Part shown: positions 9,517 through 19,745 of the stretch, piece by piece
Position numbering within the stretch: position 1 is the stretch's first letter
How the letters are laid out: the number at the start of each line of letters is the position of its first letter
DNA from: Thermoproteota archaeon
GTDB taxonomy: Archaea > Thermoproteota > Methanomethylicia > Methanomethylicales > Methanomethylicaceae
NCBI GenBank assembly: GCA_029887795.1
Contig: JARXPE010000004.1
Coordinates: forward strand, 1 to 62,954
Reading direction: 5' to 3'
Length of the DNA: 62,954 nt
Translations under genes and position numbers: made by a program
The notes under the pieces: model-generated
What the model was told of the DNA's origin: nothing
What the model saw: only the letters and a program-made list of their open reading frames with translations
The model's database searches: none

Positions 9517-10244
9517 TTCCAATAGATGACGAGAGGTTAAAGAAGGTTCTTTCATATCCACATTTTTCGGAAAGTCATTATTGTAAGGTCCTTAGTGACT
9601 TGAGAGAAATAGGTGTGAGAGGGGTCATCTCACAGGGAGGAGTTGATCTTGCTAATTTTAAAGTACTTGGCAAGGGCTGTGTGGGAGTGGTTTTGTTGGG
9701 TTTATTAGGAGAGAATAGGGTCGCATTGAAGGTTCTCAGGTCAGATGCCGACAGAAAATCGCTCCGTAAGGAAGGAGAGATATTGAAGGAAGTTAATATG
9801 GAACAGATAGGCCCTAGAACTGTAGCAGTGAGAGATAACGTTATTGCCATGGAGTACATTAGTGGTGATTTTTTATCGAAGTGGTTGAAGACCCAAAATG
9901 ATGGATATAAGGTAAGAGTAGTTGTGAAGGAATTGTTAAGGCAATGCTGGAGGTTGGATGAGATGGGGATAGACCACGGAGAGTTGTCAGATGCTAAGAA
10001 GCATGTGCTAGTAGATGGGCAAGGGGTCCCAAGAATAATAGATTTTGAGACTGCGAGTAAAGAAAGAACATGTAGGAACGTGGTTTCAATAGCGGGCTAC
10101 CTTTTTTTCAAGAGTGGGATTGCAGATTACTTGAGACCACACCTTTCATGGAATGATAACAACCTGAAGGAGTTGCTCAGGCAGTACAAGAGAGCCCGCT
10201 CCCCTGAGGTTTACAGAGAAATTCTTGAAGAATTAGGGCTTTAG
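9504..10244 (+). CDS. atypical Ser/Thr protein kinase (RIO/Bud32-like)
   Basis: LGKGCVGVV, VALK, IDHGELS, IIDFE. Confidence 0.85.
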   Translation: MVEVIPIDDERLKKVLSYPHFSESHYCKVLSDLREIGVRGVISQGGVDLANFKVLGKGCVGVVLLGLLGENRVALKVLRSDADRKSLRKEGEILKEVNMEQIGPRTVAVRDNVIAMEYISGDFLSKWLKTQNDGYKVRVVVKELLRQCWRLDEMGIDHGELSDAKKHVLVDGQGVPRIIDFETASKERTCRNVVSIAGYLFFKSGIADYLRPHLSWNDNNLKELLRQYKRARSPEVYREILEELGL

Positions 10245-10280
10245 TGCGCATTTCAAAAGTAATGGTTGTTTATTTGAGTT

Positions 10281-11599
10281 GTCAACTACCCATGAATAAA
10301 TTCATGGGCTTGTCTCGGAGATGATTAACATGTTGCAAACACTTCAAACTCATCTCGTCATGGACAAGAACCCCTCCGTTGACCGAGAGGTTTCCCTCAG
10401 AAAACTGGGCGAAGGGACCGTTGGTCTTGGGATCGTTTATGCCCGCTCTGAGGGCGATGTTTACGGATGCGTTTCTATCCGCGTTTCCCTCATATCCGCA
10501 GTTTGGACATTTGAAGATTGCCCCGTTTCTTACGCCTTTGCTTCCACATCTGGAGCAAGTGTGCGATGTTCCTCTTGGACGGACTGCAACCACAAGCCTT
10601 CCGTTTTGCCCAGCCACGCTCAAAGGCGCCGCTCTGAGCTTGGCGTAGGGCATCCTTTTGGCTTTGCGGTTGCCTTTCCTATTACCTTTAGCGTTTATGA
10701 GTCCATTCAAGTCTTCTATGGCGATGAAGGCATTATACTGTTCAGCGAGTTTAACTATCTCATGGGCTACTTGCCAACACCTTGTTGTAGTGTAGTCGCT
10801 TTCTTTTCTCTTAAGCCGTTTGAGGGCTTGTCTTGCATATCTGCTTCCCTCATCAGCATAACTTTGCAATATGCTCCGTCTGAGGCAAATGTCTCTTTGG
10901 CGGTCTCCAACATCCTCTCCAAGATAAAGCTGCTTCAAGACCTTGCCCTCTCTGTTAATTATGGAAACTGTAGCCAGCCTCTTAACCCCGACGTCCACTC
11001 CAAGAACGGCATCATACCTTTCCTTAATTTGATATTGCTTTTTGAGAACTACATGGACTCTTCCATGATTAAGCCTGAAGAAGGTTGTTTTGTATCCTTC
11101 ATTCAAGTAGTCCTTGTATCTTCTATAAGCTCCATCCATAGCGATGGGAACAGCAACTCTCCCATTAAGGGCTACGAAGCAGACTACTGGTTTCCCCCTC
11201 TTTGTCAAAGCAAAGCTTCCGCTCCTCGGAATGTTGAAGGGTACAGTAACATTACGCTTAACTTTCCCAACATTATTCAAAATCGCAACAGCGTCCTTGA
11301 ACAAGTCATTAGCAACTTGACTGTGGAGACCATACCCTCTAACTTGTTCATAAAAGAGGCTTTGAAGCTTCATCCTATGGGCTAAGATGTTTTGAGAGAC
11401 TACGAAGGAGAGAGCCTCTCGATAAGCGCGCATAAGGTTATCTATTGCTTCCTGCTTAACCTTTGTAGGCTCGAGGACGTTCAAGGTTACGGTTTTAACG
11501 ACTTCCATCCAAGACCGATAGAAAGGTAAACCTTCAAGTATTTAAAGCTCTCCAATTCCTCCCACGATTAAAATCGTGAGCTTCCTTGGAGAGGAGGCT
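10281..11599 (-). mobile_element. IS200/IS605-family (IS1341-type, tnpB-only) element
   Basis: tnpB flanked by subterminal hairpins CACGATT-AA-AATCGTG (11563..11578, inside CTCTCCAA/TTGGAGAG) and CCCATGAAT-AA-ATTCATGGG (10289..10308) followed by TAGTTGAC on the minus strand; no tnpA; exact ends inferred. Confidence 0.8.
10282..11508 (-). CDS. tnpB: RNA-guided endonuclease TnpB
   Basis: RuvC I LGVDVG, RuvC II IAIEDL, Zn finger CSRC...CPNC, RuvC III NADRNASVNI. Confidence 0.92.
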   Translation of the reverse strand: MEVVKTVTLNVLEPTKVKQEAIDNLMRAYREALSFVVSQNILAHRMKLQSLFYEQVRGYGLHSQVANDLFKDAVAILNNVGKVKRNVTVPFNIPRSGSFALTKRGKPVVCFVALNGRVAVPIAMDGAYRRYKDYLNEGYKTTFFRLNHGRVHVVLKKQYQIKERYDAVLGVDVGVKRLATVSIINREGKVLKQLYLGEDVGDRQRDICLRRSILQSYADEGSRYARQALKRLKRKESDYTTTRCWQVAHEIVKLAEQYNAFIAIEDLNGLINAKGNRKGNRKAKRMPYAKLRAAPLSVAGQNGRLVVAVRPRGTSHTCSRCGSKGVRNGAIFKCPNCGYEGNADRNASVNIALRAGINDPKTNGPFAQFSEGNLSVNGGVLVHDEMSLKCLQHVNHLRDKPMNLFMGS

Positions 11600-11670
11600 G
11601 TGAATGTTCCGAGTGGGCATGTTTATAATAAATCAACATCAATGTCAATACAAATGGTGATAGGCCTACA

Positions 11671-12102
11671 CTAATGTTTTAAATTTATGACCTCAAAGCC
11701 GAGAGATGAAAGTTTCTCTGTTATGTACCGGCGGTGGCACCTTTTAAAGTCAGGTTCCAAGCAGAGTAAGCATAGATTACCCTTCTCGGAGAGCGAGATT
11801 AGAGAACGGATGCCTTCCTCAAAATCCTGTGAATTCATATACTGCTGATACCCACCTCTTCTGAATCCTCCCAGTTTATCACCGAGCCAGAGATATTTTA
11901 TTCCAGCGTCCTGAAGAAAGGATTCAAGATTCTCTTTTTTGAAGTGTTCAATCTTTGAAGTTGGCCAACGTCTGACGTCTACAACTATGTTGATATTATG
12001 TTCACTCATAATTGAAAGGAAGCGCTCCTTGGAAAGGGACCCGTAGCCGATACTCCATATCTTTAAGGTTCTTAAAGGAAGTTTTACTTCTGTTTCTGAC
12101 AT
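11671..12102 (-). CDS. DUF488 family protein
   Basis: SIGY, VDVRRWP, LGGFR, LLCLE...CHR. Confidence 0.85.
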   Translation of the reverse strand: MSETEVKLPLRTLKIWSIGYGSLSKERFLSIMSEHNINIVVDVRRWPTSKIEHFKKENLESFLQDAGIKYLWLGDKLGGFRRGGYQQYMNSQDFEEGIRSLISLSEKGNLCLLCLEPDFKRCHRRYITEKLSSLGFEVINLKH

Positions 12103-12172
12103 CGTATTATAAGAACTTGCAGCAACTTAATTTGCTTACGTATGAAAGAGAAAATGGCAATTTTTAAGCTAT

Positions 12173-12231
12173 GCCAAGGATGGGCGCCCTACAAAGGGGT
12201 TCCTAGTAGACAGGAGAGGGCGCCCCTTGGC
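12173..12231. other. GC-rich stem-loop in AT-rich intergenic DNA (candidate ncRNA or MITE remnant)
   Basis: GCCAAGG/CCTTGGC, GGCGCCCT/AGGGCGCC and TCCT/AGGA pairings. Confidence 0.45.
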
Positions 12232-12408
12232 GTCGGACGGGTAACTTTGCACAAGCCAACATAAAAATTTTGCTGATTATCAAAACGGCAGATCAGTAGA
12301 TTTTTAATGATCCGGAGGTCGAATTGTGCCCAAAGTTTTGCTTACAATGGGATTATGTATGCTTTAAATTGAGAAATGTTCTTAATGATTTTGTTGAGCT
12401 GAAAAAGA

Positions 12409-13389
12409 ATGTCGTTTCATGAAAAGGGAGAATATATGTCCATGTTTGAGGTAAAATTTAATGATTATCTTGAGTACCTAAAGTATCATAAGAAGATTTT
12501 AATCGAGGGTTCAGAGTTAGAGATAGGCATCAAGAAAAGAATCGAAAGATACCAGCCTGAAGAATTTAAGCTTGAAGAGACAACCGTTTGGTCCTTTCCG
12601 GAGAGGGGAACCTGGGCAACTCACCGGGGCGATTATAGGGGAAACTGGCCCCCGCAGCTGGTAAGAAATTTAATATTGAGGTATAGTAGACCAGGAGAAA
12701 TCGTACTAGACCAGATGTGTGGTGGAGGAACTACCTTAATAGAGTGTAAGCTGTTGGGCAGGAGGGCAGTTGGTGTTGACATTAATTTTGAGGCACTGAT
12801 TTTGTGCTGGGACAGGTTGAACTTTAATATTGGTGGTGAAGGGGTGTCACAAGCGGATATTAAACTATACCAAGGGGACGCTAGAAACCTGAACCTGATA
12901 GAGGATGAAAGTGTGGACCTGATAGCAACGCATCCACCATATGCAAGCATAATTAAATATTCGAGGAATAGGTCATCTAATGGTGACCTTTCAAAAGTAT
13001 CTATAGAAGGCTTTCTGGAAGGTATGAAGGAGGTTGCAAAAGAGAGCTACAGAGTCTTGAAGCCAGGCAGATATTGCGCTATATTAGTGGGCGACACAAG
13101 GAGGCACAGACATTATGTGCCATTGGCGTTTAGGGTTATGCAAGGCTTCTTGGATGCGGGATTCATATTGAGAGAAGATGTCATAAAACACCAGTGGAAG
13201 GTTAGAAAAAGCGGTGAGAGATGGAAGGGACTGGCCAAGACTGCTGAGGAGTGTTGGGCAGAGGAACCGTTTGGTAAGAGATACTGGACAGATTTTTTAC
13301 TTATCTACCATGAACATTTATTCGTTTTCAGAAAACCAAAGAAAGGAGAAGTGTTGGACAAATTGAGTAATAGCATGAAGTGGTGGTAG
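12409..13389 (+). CDS. orphan SAM-dependent amino-methyltransferase (N4/N6 DNA methylase or Trm11-like family)
   Basis: WSFPERGTWATH, YRGNW, LDQMCGGGTT, THPPY, HEHLFVFRK. Confidence 0.85.
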   Translation: MSFHEKGEYMSMFEVKFNDYLEYLKYHKKILIEGSELEIGIKKRIERYQPEEFKLEETTVWSFPERGTWATHRGDYRGNWPPQLVRNLILRYSRPGEIVLDQMCGGGTTLIECKLLGRRAVGVDINFEALILCWDRLNFNIGGEGVSQADIKLYQGDARNLNLIEDESVDLIATHPPYASIIKYSRNRSSNGDLSKVSIEGFLEGMKEVAKESYRVLKPGRYCAILVGDTRRHRHYVPLAFRVMQGFLDAGFILREDVIKHQWKVRKSGERWKGLAKTAEECWAEEPFGKRYWTDFLLIYHEHLFVFRKPKKGEVLDKLSNSMKWW

Positions 13390-13656
13390 TATTTATTTGT
13401 TGAACTTAATTAGTTCACTTTTTTCTTGTCCAAAAAATTGTGAATAACACAAAGCAAAACTTTTTCTATTTTGTTAAAAGTAAGGGAAAATGCGTATTAA
13501 TATTGCCAAAGGACGGAAAATCTGCGAGAGCTTTTTAAAGCGAGAAAAGAACGAAGATGCTAAGGCGACATCTTCACTAGTTCTAGAGGAATTCTCGTAA
13601 TCCAAAAATATTAATTGAACGCTGGGGAAATAGGCGTACTTACATGTTGGAAATAT

Positions 13657-14466
13657 TTAAGGCCCTGTTGGCTTCATTTGGGGCATGGCCTTGACTCTGA
13701 ACATGCAGACGTGGTCGCCCTTGGCTATGCACTCCTCCTCCACGACGTTGAAACCGTAGCCGAAGAGCTCAGCCAATATGCCAGCGATTATCCCCCTAAC
13801 GAACTGGCTGTAGACGGTCGCGCTGTTCTTCCCGAGCTCGCACTCGAACGAGTCTTTGACCACTATCACCCCGCCGTCTGCAGTCAACTCCTCGACCTCC
13901 AAAATGCCGAATCCCGCCCACTGGAACATCGCCGCGCTTATGTTCTTATATGTCTGAACTGGGTCCTTAATTCCTATCTTTTCTGCCAACTCCTTGTGGA
14001 ACGATACATGGCCCATACCAACTCGGTACCCGATGTGATATAGAAAGTCCTCGCCGCTCCTTCCAAACCATTCGCGAATACCTAGTAAGAATTCCTCATA
14101 GCCAGGACTCCTAAGGAGTATAGTTCTGTATTGTCCAGCAACGAGCGGGTGTGAAGCTCTGTCGATTATGAAACCGTCTACGGGCGATTTTATGATCATC
14201 TCGATCTTGATCAGGCCAAGAGCTTCCGAAGTCTTCCCTATCTCATCGACGGGCACAGTGGAGTCAGTAACGTCCAAGAATGCCAAGATTCTGGCGCACT
14301 CGCCGTCGAAGCTAGCAAAAGCCTTGCATATCTTGATTTGTTCCCTTTCCATGAGCGAAAATAGGCGGGCAACAGCATCGGACTTCATGTTTACCTTGCC
14401 GATTATTGCCATTAAGCGCCTGCCAGGGAGAACAAGGAAGCGACTTAAATCCAACTGGTAGACCAT
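13657..14466 (-). CDS. V4R domain protein with N-terminal ACT-like region
   Basis: GFG...DSFEC...RGIIAG...EEECIAKGDHVCMF V4R signature. Confidence 0.85.
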   Translation of the reverse strand: MVYQLDLSRFLVLPGRRLMAIIGKVNMKSDAVARLFSLMEREQIKICKAFASFDGECARILAFLDVTDSTVPVDEIGKTSEALGLIKIEMIIKSPVDGFIIDRASHPLVAGQYRTILLRSPGYEEFLLGIREWFGRSGEDFLYHIGYRVGMGHVSFHKELAEKIGIKDPVQTYKNISAAMFQWAGFGILEVEELTADGGVIVVKDSFECELGKNSATVYSQFVRGIIAGILAELFGYGFNVVEEECIAKGDHVCMFRVKAMPQMKPTGP

Positions 14467-14689
14467 TATATATCACTCAATATAAACAACTATTTACTAT
14501 CTAATAAATGGGTGAGTAAATCTGTAATTTTTACCTAGCATTAACTTTCAACTCGCCTAAATTCTTTATGCAAAAGTCCATAAATGGTAAACACTCATGA
14601 TTATAATCCAAAGCAGCATAGAACTCAGGCGGTTTTGGCGGAAGACGTTTGAGAGGCACATCCGCTCGGTTGAACTTAGTTCAGCAGAA

Positions 14690-14888
14690 CCTTAAAGAAC
14701 ATTGCGTAAGCCTTGAAAACTTTGAGCCAGCTGGTGAAGGTTTGTTGTTCTTCATATTAGAGAGGTGCGGATCGATTTTTCGTTAAAATCGAATTTGTTC
14801 AAGAAATTGCTAATGCACTTAGTATAAAGAGCCACAGTACTGTGGGAAAGACGTAAATCCACCTAACAGAAGCCTTGAATTCGTCCAA
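14690..14888 (-). pseudogene. decayed N-terminal fragment of a tyrosine integrase
   Basis: Frameshifted pieces LDEFK / VDLRLSHSTVALYTKCISNFL / TFTSWLKVFKAY immediately downstream of the tRNA-Pro 3' end; boundaries approximate. Confidence 0.5.
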
Positions 14889-14979
14889 ATGCGCCGTAAA
14901 CTTGGGTTTTGAGTGCCCTACATGTTTTGCGTTTACTTAAAAAGCGTCTTTCTTGATCAAACTTTGAAAAAAGTTTGCA

Positions 14980-15058
14980 TGGTGGGGCCGTCGGGATTTG
15001 AACCCGAGATCACAAGCGCCCCAGGCTTGCATCCTAGTCCAAGCTAGACTACGGCCCC
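14980..15058 (-). tRNA. tRNA-Pro(GGG), CCA encoded
   Basis: GGGGCCG...CAAGC-CTGGGGC-GCTTG...GGGTTCAAATCCC...CGGCCCC-A-CCA. Confidence 0.96.
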
Positions 15059-15298
15059 ATCTGTAAAGACTCCCAATAGCAATTCTCCCATATATCTGCT
15101 ATCTTCCTAAATATTTTCCTCACATGAAGCGATTAAAATCAGAGTATTTTGGTTTATAAATACGATTATGGAGAAATGTTGTTTTAAAGCCAATTCTATC
15201 ATAATTTGTTTACTAAATTCATGATTAAGAAGTTAGAAGAAAATAATTACAGAAGTGGGTTCAAAGATATAGGCATTCCATCAAAGGCTGAGAGGTAA

Positions 15299-15658
15299 TT
15301 ATAAGGTCCCTTCGGAGTCAGAAGTTCGTCTTTGTGTTCCATTACAGCTTTTGTAATGTTGTATACAAGACCCTCTGGAAGGGTTTATTGACAAAGAAGA
15401 AGTAGGGTGGGTCAGCGTAGTAAAAGTATAATTGACTCCCATGTATGAGTTTGAAGGGATCTCTCCCTTGAGGAAGAAAGGATACTTAGAAGTTAATTTA
15501 CTGATGGCGTCGTCAGGAAAACTTATTATTTTTATATCTCTTACTTGCGACAAGTCCACAATCCACTGAACTGGTACTCCGCTGCCCCCTACGATTGATG
15601 CTTGAATTCGTCCATCCTTGAGGGCATCCGCGATGTCAGCCTGCGTCAGTCCGACCAC
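15299..15658 (-). pseudogene. TAXI-family TRAP solute-binding protein fragment
   Basis: ADALKDGRIQA...KYPFF...IPSNSY; continuation LPEGLVYNITKAVMEH lies in another frame; N-terminal half missing. Confidence 0.7.
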
Positions 15659-15943
15659 ATTTATCTTGTTTTATAGACCTAATTCTTGAAGGACTATTTG
15701 GGCGAGAATTTGAGATGCGGAGTCCGGAGGACCGATATCTACCGTTTTACCTTCCAAGTCATAAATACTGTTTATGCCGGAAGATTTTGGAGTGATAAGG
15801 TGGAATTAGTTTATTTCACATACAAAAATTTCCCGAAGATTTCGAGATGTCTGCTTAAACCACGGTCTATCGTTTGGGTTTAACCGTAACGGAGAGTTGT
15901 TCATAATTAATGCTTAAATTGTAGAAAAAGTTTACTTTAAAGT

Positions 15944-16423
15944 ATGAAAAAATTAGTAGTGTTTTACTCAAGAACCGGGACTACAAGTCTTGTTGCCCAA
16001 AAAATTGCGGAGAAGATCAATGGGGATCTTGAAGAGATAAAGGATGCTAAAAATCGAGCAGGAATTATTGGATTTCTGCGTTCTGGATACGAAGGTGCGC
16101 GCCGAAAGCTTACGATAATCGCCGAAACTAAGTATGACCCAGCCCAGTACGATCTTATTGTTATAGGAACCCCTGTTTGGGCGGGAAACATGTCTTCCCC
16201 GATTAGAACCTACATTGTTAAAAATAGGGAAAAGTTCAACAAGGTAGCATTCTTCTGTACGCTTTCCATGAAGGATGCACCAAAAATCTTCCAAGATATG
16301 AGCGAAACCTGTCAGAAAGAACCTGTCGCCACCGCCATGTTTAGGCGAAAAGAGGTAATAGGCAACGAATTTGCCAATAAACTGAACGATTTTGTGTCAA
16401 AAATAGAGGCGATGGGAAATTAA
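15944..16423 (+). CDS. flavodoxin family protein
   Basis: YSRTGTT, IGTPVWAG, AFFCT. Confidence 0.9.
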   Translation: MKKLVVFYSRTGTTSLVAQKIAEKINGDLEEIKDAKNRAGIIGFLRSGYEGARRKLTIIAETKYDPAQYDLIVIGTPVWAGNMSSPIRTYIVKNREKFNKVAFFCTLSMKDAPKIFQDMSETCQKEPVATAMFRRKEVIGNEFANKLNDFVSKIEAMGN

Positions 16424-16854
16424 CAGGTACATTCATTGGTATATAAATATGAGAGTGCCACAATTTCTTTCCAATTCGGCGTGGTGCCGCTTCCCAGACC
16501 GGGGCATTGGTCATCGTATGTTATGAAGTAGGTTGAACCTTCATATTTAATTCTTACAGCACTTTTAGGAATTTTCACCTTTAGGGCAATTAGATCCTCC
16601 TCAGAGATTGCAAAGAAAGGGTAAACCCTACAGATCTTGGGTCTTTTTTCATATACCATGCATATGTTACCATCCAAGAAACAACAAACAGGCACGTCAT
16701 CTTTAACAACTTTCTTTGTGGTGCGCCACTTGATGTCAACATTTTCGCCGAAGTTTTGAATTTCTTCATTGGTCAGTGAAACATCAAAGGAGCAGCACTT
16801 CGCACACCTTATGCATTGGAATTTTGTCGACGTAGATGCAAAACACATGCGCAT
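16420..16854 (-). CDS. YkgJ family cysteine-cluster protein
   Basis: FQCIRCAKCC, CCFL...CMVYEKRPKICRVYPF, CPGLG; start re-called because the longer ORF overlaps the tRNA promoter. Confidence 0.82.
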   Translation of the reverse strand: MRMCFASTSTKFQCIRCAKCCSFDVSLTNEEIQNFGENVDIKWRTTKKVVKDDVPVCCFLDGNICMVYEKRPKICRVYPFFAISEEDLIALKVKIPKSAVRIKYEGSTYFITYDDQCPGLGSGTTPNWKEIVALSYLYTNECTC

Positions 16855-16924
16855 ATTTCTAACCATACAATTAGAGTAAATGGAAATAAAGAATAAAAGC
16901 TCTTGGTTTACGGAGATCGTTAAG

Positions 16925-16933
16925 TATTTAAAA
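16925..16933 (+). promoter_or_regulatory. probable TATA box of tRNA-Gly
   Basis: TATTTAAAA ending about 24 nt upstream of the mature tRNA 5' end. Confidence 0.55.
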
Positions 16934-16956
16934 GCACGAGGTCCTCTAACCATTGA

Positions 16957-17052
16957 GCGGCCGTAGTCTAGCGTGGTCTAGGACGTCGGCCTTCCATGGA
17001 TAAGATCCGGAGAGCGCCGAGGACCCGGGTTCAAATCCCGGCGGCCGCACCA
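16957..17052 (+). tRNA. tRNA-Gly(TCC) with 18-nt canonical 37/38 BHB intron (16997..17014)
   Basis: GCGGCCG acceptor; TCGGC-CTTC-CA^T-GGATAAGATCC-GGAG-AG^C-GCCGA; T arm GGGTTCAAATCCC; ACCA end. Confidence 0.95.
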
Positions 17053-17264
17053 ATGTAGTGCTTTGCACATTATTTAATTTTGAAACATGTAATGTAAGTC
17101 AATTTGTGGAAAAATCGACTAAATTTTTACGGAGATGGCTATTAAAAAGATACTTGTAAACTTTCCACGCATAAAAGGTGTGGGCTTACTTGAGGTGTAG
17201 TAACGCATAAAAAGTCATAAAAAATAATTTTTTAGGACTGTTTGATTTGCCTCATTCATTAGGA

Positions 17265-18539
17265 TTATTTAGCGCGAAACGCGTTAAAGCCCGCATAATT
17301 TGCATCAGAGCCTAACATCTCCTCAATGCGTATCAGTTGGTTGTATTTGGCGACGCGTTCACCCCTAGCGGGGGCGCCTGTTTTTATCTTTCCAGTGCCT
17401 AGCGCCACTGCGAGGTCTGCAATATAGTGGTCCTCTGTCTCCCCAGACCTATGGCTGACTACTACCCCATATTTATTTTCAAAAGCGTATTTGGCAACAT
17501 CAATAGCCTCTGTTAGAGTTCCGATCTGGTTGACCTTGAGGAGTATGGCGTTTGCGGCACCCATTTCCACGCCTTTACGGAACCTCTTGATGTTAGTCAC
17601 GAATATGTCATCACCGACAATCTGAACCTTTTTGCCCAGTTTTTTAGTTATATCCACAAAGGATTCGTAGTCCTCCTCGTGGAATGGATCCTCCAAGAGG
17701 ATTATGGAGAAATCTGAGATCAATTCAGAGTAAAAGTCGATAAGTTCTCCGGGAGAGAGCTCCTTACCATCAATAAGGTACGAGCGCTCGCTGTAAAAAC
17801 TTGATGCTGCAGCATCCATAGCAAGTCTTACTTCCTTTTTCGAATAACCAGCCTCTTCTATAGAGATATCAATTGTGTCTAGAGCGTCCCTTGTGCAGGA
17901 TATTGGGGGGGCAAATCCGCCTTCGTCGCCTATATTTACTGAAAAGGGACCGTATCTCTTCCTTAGGCGTTTCTTCAGTTGCATGTAAATCTCACAACCC
18001 GCCCTTATAGCATCCTTGATAGAGTCAAACCCGCCAGGGACTATCATGAACTCCTGTATTGATAGATTACTACCAGCGTGTTTTCCACCGTTTATAATAT
18101 TCATTAGGGGGACGGGGAGTAGTGATGCGGACTGATTCAAGTATTTAAAGAGAGGAAGACCGGCGGTGCAGGCTGCTGCCTTGGCAACGGCGAGCGATAC
18201 GGCTAAGATCGCGTTTGCACCGAGCTTGGACTTGTTCTCGGTGCCATCAATTGAGATCATCTTCTCGTCTATTTCCTTAAGATTGCGCGAGTCCATCCCT
18301 ACGATCGCAGGACCGATCACTTCATTAATGTTGTGGCATGCCTTAAGGACGCCTTTTCCCATGAACCTCTTGTCACCGTCCCTGAGTTCAAGAGCCTCAT
18401 GCGTCCCCGTAGATGCCCCCGAAGGGACTGAGGCTCTTCCAAAGCCGCTACCAGTGAAGACGTCTGCCTCGACTGTCGGATTCCCGCGGGAGTCAATTAT
18501 CTCTCTGGCAAGGACTTTTTTTATTGTGAAGTCGGCCAT
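17265..18539 (-). CDS. eno: enolase
   Basis: DSRGNPTVE, PSGASTG, GDEGGFAP, LLKVNQIG, SHRSGETED. Confidence 0.97.
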   Translation of the reverse strand: MADFTIKKVLAREIIDSRGNPTVEADVFTGSGFGRASVPSGASTGTHEALELRDGDKRFMGKGVLKACHNINEVIGPAIVGMDSRNLKEIDEKMISIDGTENKSKLGANAILAVSLAVAKAAACTAGLPLFKYLNQSASLLPVPLMNIINGGKHAGSNLSIQEFMIVPGGFDSIKDAIRAGCEIYMQLKKRLRKRYGPFSVNIGDEGGFAPPISCTRDALDTIDISIEEAGYSKKEVRLAMDAAASSFYSERSYLIDGKELSPGELIDFYSELISDFSIILLEDPFHEEDYESFVDITKKLGKKVQIVGDDIFVTNIKRFRKGVEMGAANAILLKVNQIGTLTEAIDVAKYAFENKYGVVVSHRSGETEDHYIADLAVALGTGKIKTGAPARGERVAKYNQLIRIEEMLGSDANYAGFNAFRAK

Positions 18540-18545
18540 AACAAA

Positions 18546-19745
18546 TCACTCCAACTCGTAGTGCTCGAGTTGTTTGAGAACGTAGTCCCTTATGAGCTTG
18601 GGGGGTTTCAGTTCTCCGACGACCTTGCCATTCTCAATGTATTTTTCCAAAATTGGAAAGGTTTTGACGCCGCATGACGGACAATTCGGCGGATCTGAGT
18701 TGAATGGTGTGACCTGCCAGGTGTAGCACCTTTCGCAGCGCCATGCTTGCTTCCTTCCACTGAATTTTCCCCTCTTGGAAAGGGGCTTTCCCTCCACCTC
18801 AACTATGTCCATAGAGAAGTCTATGGTAGGGGCGTTGGATACGGATGTTCCTACGCCGAAACCATCGACAGGACCCTCTGCCAGTTTCTTCACAGAGTTT
18901 TCGTCTAACCCACCTGAGACGTAGATCTTGACGTGTTTGAAGCCGCGAATGTCTAATTCCCATCGCACCTCTCTCACGATTTCTAGAAAGTCGCCGCGCC
19001 TAGATCCTGGTGTGTCCAAACGGACTCCGCTTAGGCGGTCTCGAAGGGTATCAGCCGCGAGTATGGACTCAAACTTCTCGTCGTAGAGGGTATCAACCAA
19101 TGCGATCCGGGGTACTGATGGCTCGATCACTTCATCAAATGCCTTCCAAGCTGAGACCTGATCCCCAAAAATGAGTATCAAAGGGTGGGGCATTGTGCCC
19201 GAAGGTGTGATCCCGATAAGTTTTGCGCCGAGAACTCCTGAGACTCCGTCAAACCCCCCGATGTATGCTGCTCGGTCGAGCATTGGTGCGAGGGCGGGAT
19301 GCATTCGCCTAATGCCAAATGCAAATACTTCCTTTCCTTTGGCAGCCTTCTTCACCCTGGCCGCAGCAGTGGCGACGCCGGAGGCCTGGCAGAGCAGTCC
19401 TACAGTGGCAGTCTCCACACTTATGAAGGAGCCATAAAGACCACCAATTGACATCTGTGGAACCCTAAAGCCGTTGATGTCCTTGGTGGGGAATATTGTC
19501 CCCTCTGGCATCGCATAAAGGTCAACAGGCATACCTTCGTAGAGGGCGACAACCTCCTCGAGACCACAGAATACCCCCCATCGCCAGTTTTCCGGCAGTT
19601 TTCCGACGGTAACCTCCGCCACGACTCTTTTGTCCAACCCTTTGCTCTCAATAATCTTCTTAGTTCTAAGATAATATATGTCAGAAGTCTGACCAGACCT
19701 AATCTCTTCGTCGGTAGCAACATGAAAATGGCGCATTGTGACCAC
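18546..19745 (-). CDS. pncB: nicotinate phosphoribosyltransferase
   Basis: SDIYY, FGIRRMHP, GTMPH, LVDT, VRLDTP, SGGLD, GFGVGT. Confidence 0.92.
   Translation of the reverse strand: MVTMRHFHVATDEEIRSGQTSDIYYLRTKKIIESKGLDKRVVAEVTVGKLPENWRWGVFCGLEEVVALYEGMPVDLYAMPEGTIFPTKDINGFRVPQMSIGGLYGSFISVETATVGLLCQASGVATAAARVKKAAKGKEVFAFGIRRMHPALAPMLDRAAYIGGFDGVSGVLGAKLIGITPSGTMPHPLILIFGDQVSAWKAFDEVIEPSVPRIALVDTLYDEKFESILAADTLRDRLSGVRLDTPGSRRGDFLEIVREVRWELDIRGFKHVKIYVSGGLDENSVKKLAEGPVDGFGVGTSVSNAPTIDFSMDIVEVEGKPLSKRGKFSGRKQAWRCERCYTWQVTPFNSDPPNCPSCGVKTFPILEKYIENGKVVGELKPPKLIRDYVLKQLEHYELE

Noticed and set aside
10321-11385. 354-aa plus-strand ORF
   Set aside because: Antisense to tnpB with no recognisable motifs
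15299-15420. Frameshifts in the TAXI fragment as further BHB introns
   Set aside because: No BHB fold seen; the shifts look like small deletions and the gene also lacks its N-terminus
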